From positions 512,001 through 576,000 of the forward strand of contig CAWFFU010000003.1 in the NCBI GenBank assembly GCA_963815215.1: 64,000 nt of DNA, in the 5' to 3' direction. The stretch comes from an uncultured Trueperaceae bacterium (GTDB lineage: Bacteria; Deinococcota; Deinococci; Deinococcales; Trueperaceae). A model generated the notes under the pieces. That model searched no databases. It was not told the origin of the DNA and saw only the letters and a list, made by a program, of their open reading frames with translations. Made by a program: the position numbers and the translations under genes. Positions 61,406 to 64,000 of the stretch are shown here, piece by piece (positions within the stretch are counted from its first letter, which is position 1; the number at the start of each line of letters is the position of its first letter).

Positions 61406-61935
61406 GCAGGTGAGGTGGCTCAGCTGGTTCGCGGGCTCCGCTTGCCGGGCACATCCGGGCTCCCGTCCCCTTGCAGGGGCGAGTTCCGATCCCAGGCGGA
61501 GCGGGCCAACGCGCGCCACCGCGTGATCGACCTCGATAGGCCTGCCGGCGTGGATCCCGGCGCCTCGCCTTCGTAGCGAGGGTTCGCCGGCCGCCGGTTC
61601 AGCGCGGGTGCGGGTCGAACGCCAGCCGCGCGTTCCTTCCCGCTGGTTGAAGAACTTATCAACCTTGGATTAGGGTTGGATGAACTTCATGGCATTGGGT
61701 GCGTCTGGGGCTGCGCTACCTCAGGTGACGATGCCGCACCTGAAGGGGGGGAAGGGTCCAGCGATCTCACGACGACTTCTACGCGCGGACCTGAGTACGG
61801 GTCATGGCTCCTGACCCCGTCGACGACGGGTGTCATCGGGACGGCTCCACCATCTGCGTCCGACCTTGATCGGGGCAGGCTGCCTGCGCAGCGCCTGCCC
61901 GACGACCGACCGGATCAGCCATCGGAGGGATCCAG

Positions 61936-63357
61936 ATGAACGCACGACGCTTCACCCTTGGCCTGCTGCCACTGGCGGCCATTCTGTTGCTGGCTGCCTG
62001 CTCGCAACCACAGAGCGGTAGCACCATCACGTTCTCGATGCAACACGACAGCGATGCGTACGCCGTTCTCCAGAACGCGGACGGCAGCGTGATCACCACC
62101 CAGACGCTCGCTCCCGGGACCACGACGGTGTCCTTCGCGGACGTCCCCGACGGTGCGCTGGTCACCGCAGCTCTGTCCGAGACCCACAGCGGTGCGCCTG
62201 CCAAGTACGCCTTCACCGCGCCGGCCTCCTTGGTCAACGGTCATACGATCTACGTCATCTATCCGTACTCCGGCCGCGGGCAGACCAGCGGGCAGGTTGC
62301 GGTTTCCGGCGCATGCCCTCCGGGGTCGACGCCGTCGTCTACCAGGATCTATTCCGTGGTCTCGAAGCGGCTCGGTTCCGGCGGCGTGACTTCTTCCTCC
62401 GTGTTTTGCGACGCGTCCAACAACTTCTCGTTGACCGCGGACTACTACGACAGCGGCTCCAGCGGCAAGGCGCAGCTCACGTTCCTGGCCGAGGACGGCT
62501 CCACCATGAGCGCGTACCTGCACGTCCAGACCATCTCGCCCACGCAGACCACGCTGACGGTCGCCCCTACCGACTGGCAGACAACGCCCACGTCGGACAG
62601 CTCGTCCGTGACCTTCTCCCCGGCGCTCGCCACGAACGGGGCCGCCGAGACCAACTGGCAGAAGTTCGCCCTGGTGGACGGCCTGAGGGAGCCGTTGGCG
62701 CTGAGCCACAGCACGTCAACGTCGACGGTGGGTGCGACCTCGCTGTCCCTGAACGCCGAGCTCGCCCCAGTGACGGGTGCGACAGCCTTCCTCTCGAGCT
62801 TCATGTTCCATCGCACGAACTGCCCGAGCTCCTCCAGCTGCATCCAGAGCAGGGTCTACCAGGACGCGTCGACGAACACCTTGCCTGCGAACCAGAGCCT
62901 GACGATCGGGACCGATACCTGGCCCTCGCTCCAGAACTTCAGCTGGAAGGCCAGCGCCACCACCTCTCCCGTGGTCACGTACGCCAGCTCAGCAGGCTTC
63001 GCGAACGCCAAGCTCGTCTATGCCGACGTGCTCACTACCGACAGCACGACCGGCGCGACGGCCGAATGGGAGCTCGTGAGTGAGAGCAGCGCAGACATGA
63101 GCGGCACGGTCACCTTCCCGCAACTTCCCGCGAACCTCCAGTCGCTCATCCCGGTCCCGGCGGCCTCGGGCAACGAGGCGCATCTGGCCATCACGGACGT
63201 CTCCCCAGACGCATGGTGGTTCAATGCCCTCTGGCCGAACACCTACAACGAGGTCGACGCAGACACTACCGCGGCTACCACGGCCGGTCTGACCGCAGGC
63301 CCGCGTACGCCGGGCGCCCACGGACCGATCGGCGGGAGCGGCCTCTGGCTGCGTTGA
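61936..63357 (+). CDS. Ser/Thr-rich hypothetical lipoprotein
   Basis: GGAGG SD, MNARR + hydrophobic + LLAAC lipobox; S/T-rich body. Confidence 0.8.
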   Translation: MNARRFTLGLLPLAAILLLAACSQPQSGSTITFSMQHDSDAYAVLQNADGSVITTQTLAPGTTTVSFADVPDGALVTAALSETHSGAPAKYAFTAPASLVNGHTIYVIYPYSGRGQTSGQVAVSGACPPGSTPSSTRIYSVVSKRLGSGGVTSSSVFCDASNNFSLTADYYDSGSSGKAQLTFLAEDGSTMSAYLHVQTISPTQTTLTVAPTDWQTTPTSDSSSVTFSPALATNGAAETNWQKFALVDGLREPLALSHSTSTSTVGATSLSLNAELAPVTGATAFLSSFMFHRTNCPSSSSCIQSRVYQDASTNTLPANQSLTIGTDTWPSLQNFSWKASATTSPVVTYASSAGFANAKLVYADVLTTDSTTGATAEWELVSESSADMSGTVTFPQLPANLQSLIPVPAASGNEAHLAITDVSPDAWWFNALWPNTYNEVDADTTAATTAGLTAGPRTPGAHGPIGGSGLWLR

Positions 63358-63826
63358 GCTAGCTCCACCAGGGGTCGGGGTGACTCGGACCGCCTTCGCG
63401 ACATCCGGACAGGTGGGGCAGCGCCGGTGCGCGAACCCTGACAGCCCCATCCCGAGGTTGCATCCCGGCCGATGACAACCTGGCCGATCCAGCGAGGCCG
63501 GTCCCAGGCGGACCGGCCTCGCCATCGCACGGCATCGGGTGAACGGCCCACCACCTTGCCCGCATCGCGGTTGGCGCTGCGGACGACGGACCGAACCCGA
63601 GGCACGAGCCCGCGAGGTCGGGCCCTGCGAACCGACACCTTTGGCTCGGGGCCGGCCGCGGTCACCTACGGGTCGCGGGCATGGTGTACTAGGGACCGCC
63701 GGACGGCGGATCGACGACGGGTGGGGCAGGGGCGTGGTGTACCCCACCCGCAGGCTCTCCCCGCCATCCCGCCCGGCGGGGCCGGTTTGGCGGCCCCGGA
63801 TCGCGATTCCGAAAGGTGGTACCCGT

Positions 63827-64000
63827 ATGATGCGCAAACTCCGTTGGCTCTTCGTCGCTCTGATCATGCTGGGAGCATTCGCCCAGGCGCAACGCGTCGG
63901 CTTCCTGACCTTCAATGACGTGTACGAGCTGCAGGGCGTCGACCACGGCACGCGCGGCGGCGCCGCCGCTGTGGCCACGGTCGTCCACCAGGTCAAGGCG
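63827..64000 (+). CDS. Secreted metallophosphoesterase / 5'-nucleotidase family (partial)
   Basis: Manual translation: signal peptide then FLTFNDVYEL...RGGAAAVAT; runs off window end. Confidence 0.75.
   Translation, partial: MMRKLRWLFVALIMLGAFAQAQRVGFLTFNDVYELQGVDHGTRGGAAAVATVVHQVKA

Noticed and set aside
63358..63826. Riboswitch (TPP/purine) before the nucleotidase gene
   Set aside because: Only a partial AACCTG...CCAGCG similarity; conserved CUGAGA or purine-switch cores are absent.

Overview
High-GC bacterial chromosome segment of mostly core genes. Gene order (pilMNOWQ-aroCKBQ, fused secDF, tilS-tadA fusion, comZ-type pilin cassette) and many leaderless starts point to Deinococcota, probably Trueperaceae-like (inference). 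Left to right: partial glmS with a glmS-ribozyme-like leader; cvpA-like; pheST; class-V aminotransferase; rimP-nusA-ylxR-infB; uORF+secDF; a 6S-like RNA; prmA; a PlsY/acyl-ACP-reductase-like fusion; dnaB; ftsH; type IV pilus assembly operon; shikimate genes; scpB; two convergent minor-pilin operons; a two-component system; lepA; tilS-tadA; deoB; the full str-S10-spc-alpha ribosomal superoperon; a lipoprotein; partial 5'-nucleotidase. No rRNA, tRNA, CRISPR or transposase was recognised. Most interesting: (i) leaderless micro-ORF plus terminator attenuators before pheST and the aminotransferase; (ii) a signal-peptide uORF before secDF (candidate secretion-monitor arrest peptide); (iii) a tuf gene using almost only G/T-ending codons, with sharp borders; (iv) the PlsY-like/acyl-ACP-reductase-like fusion; (v) an expanded glmS-ribozyme-like RNA; (vi) a second minor-pilin set apparently controlled by a two-component system. 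All calls are by-eye motif recognition; no searches were run.
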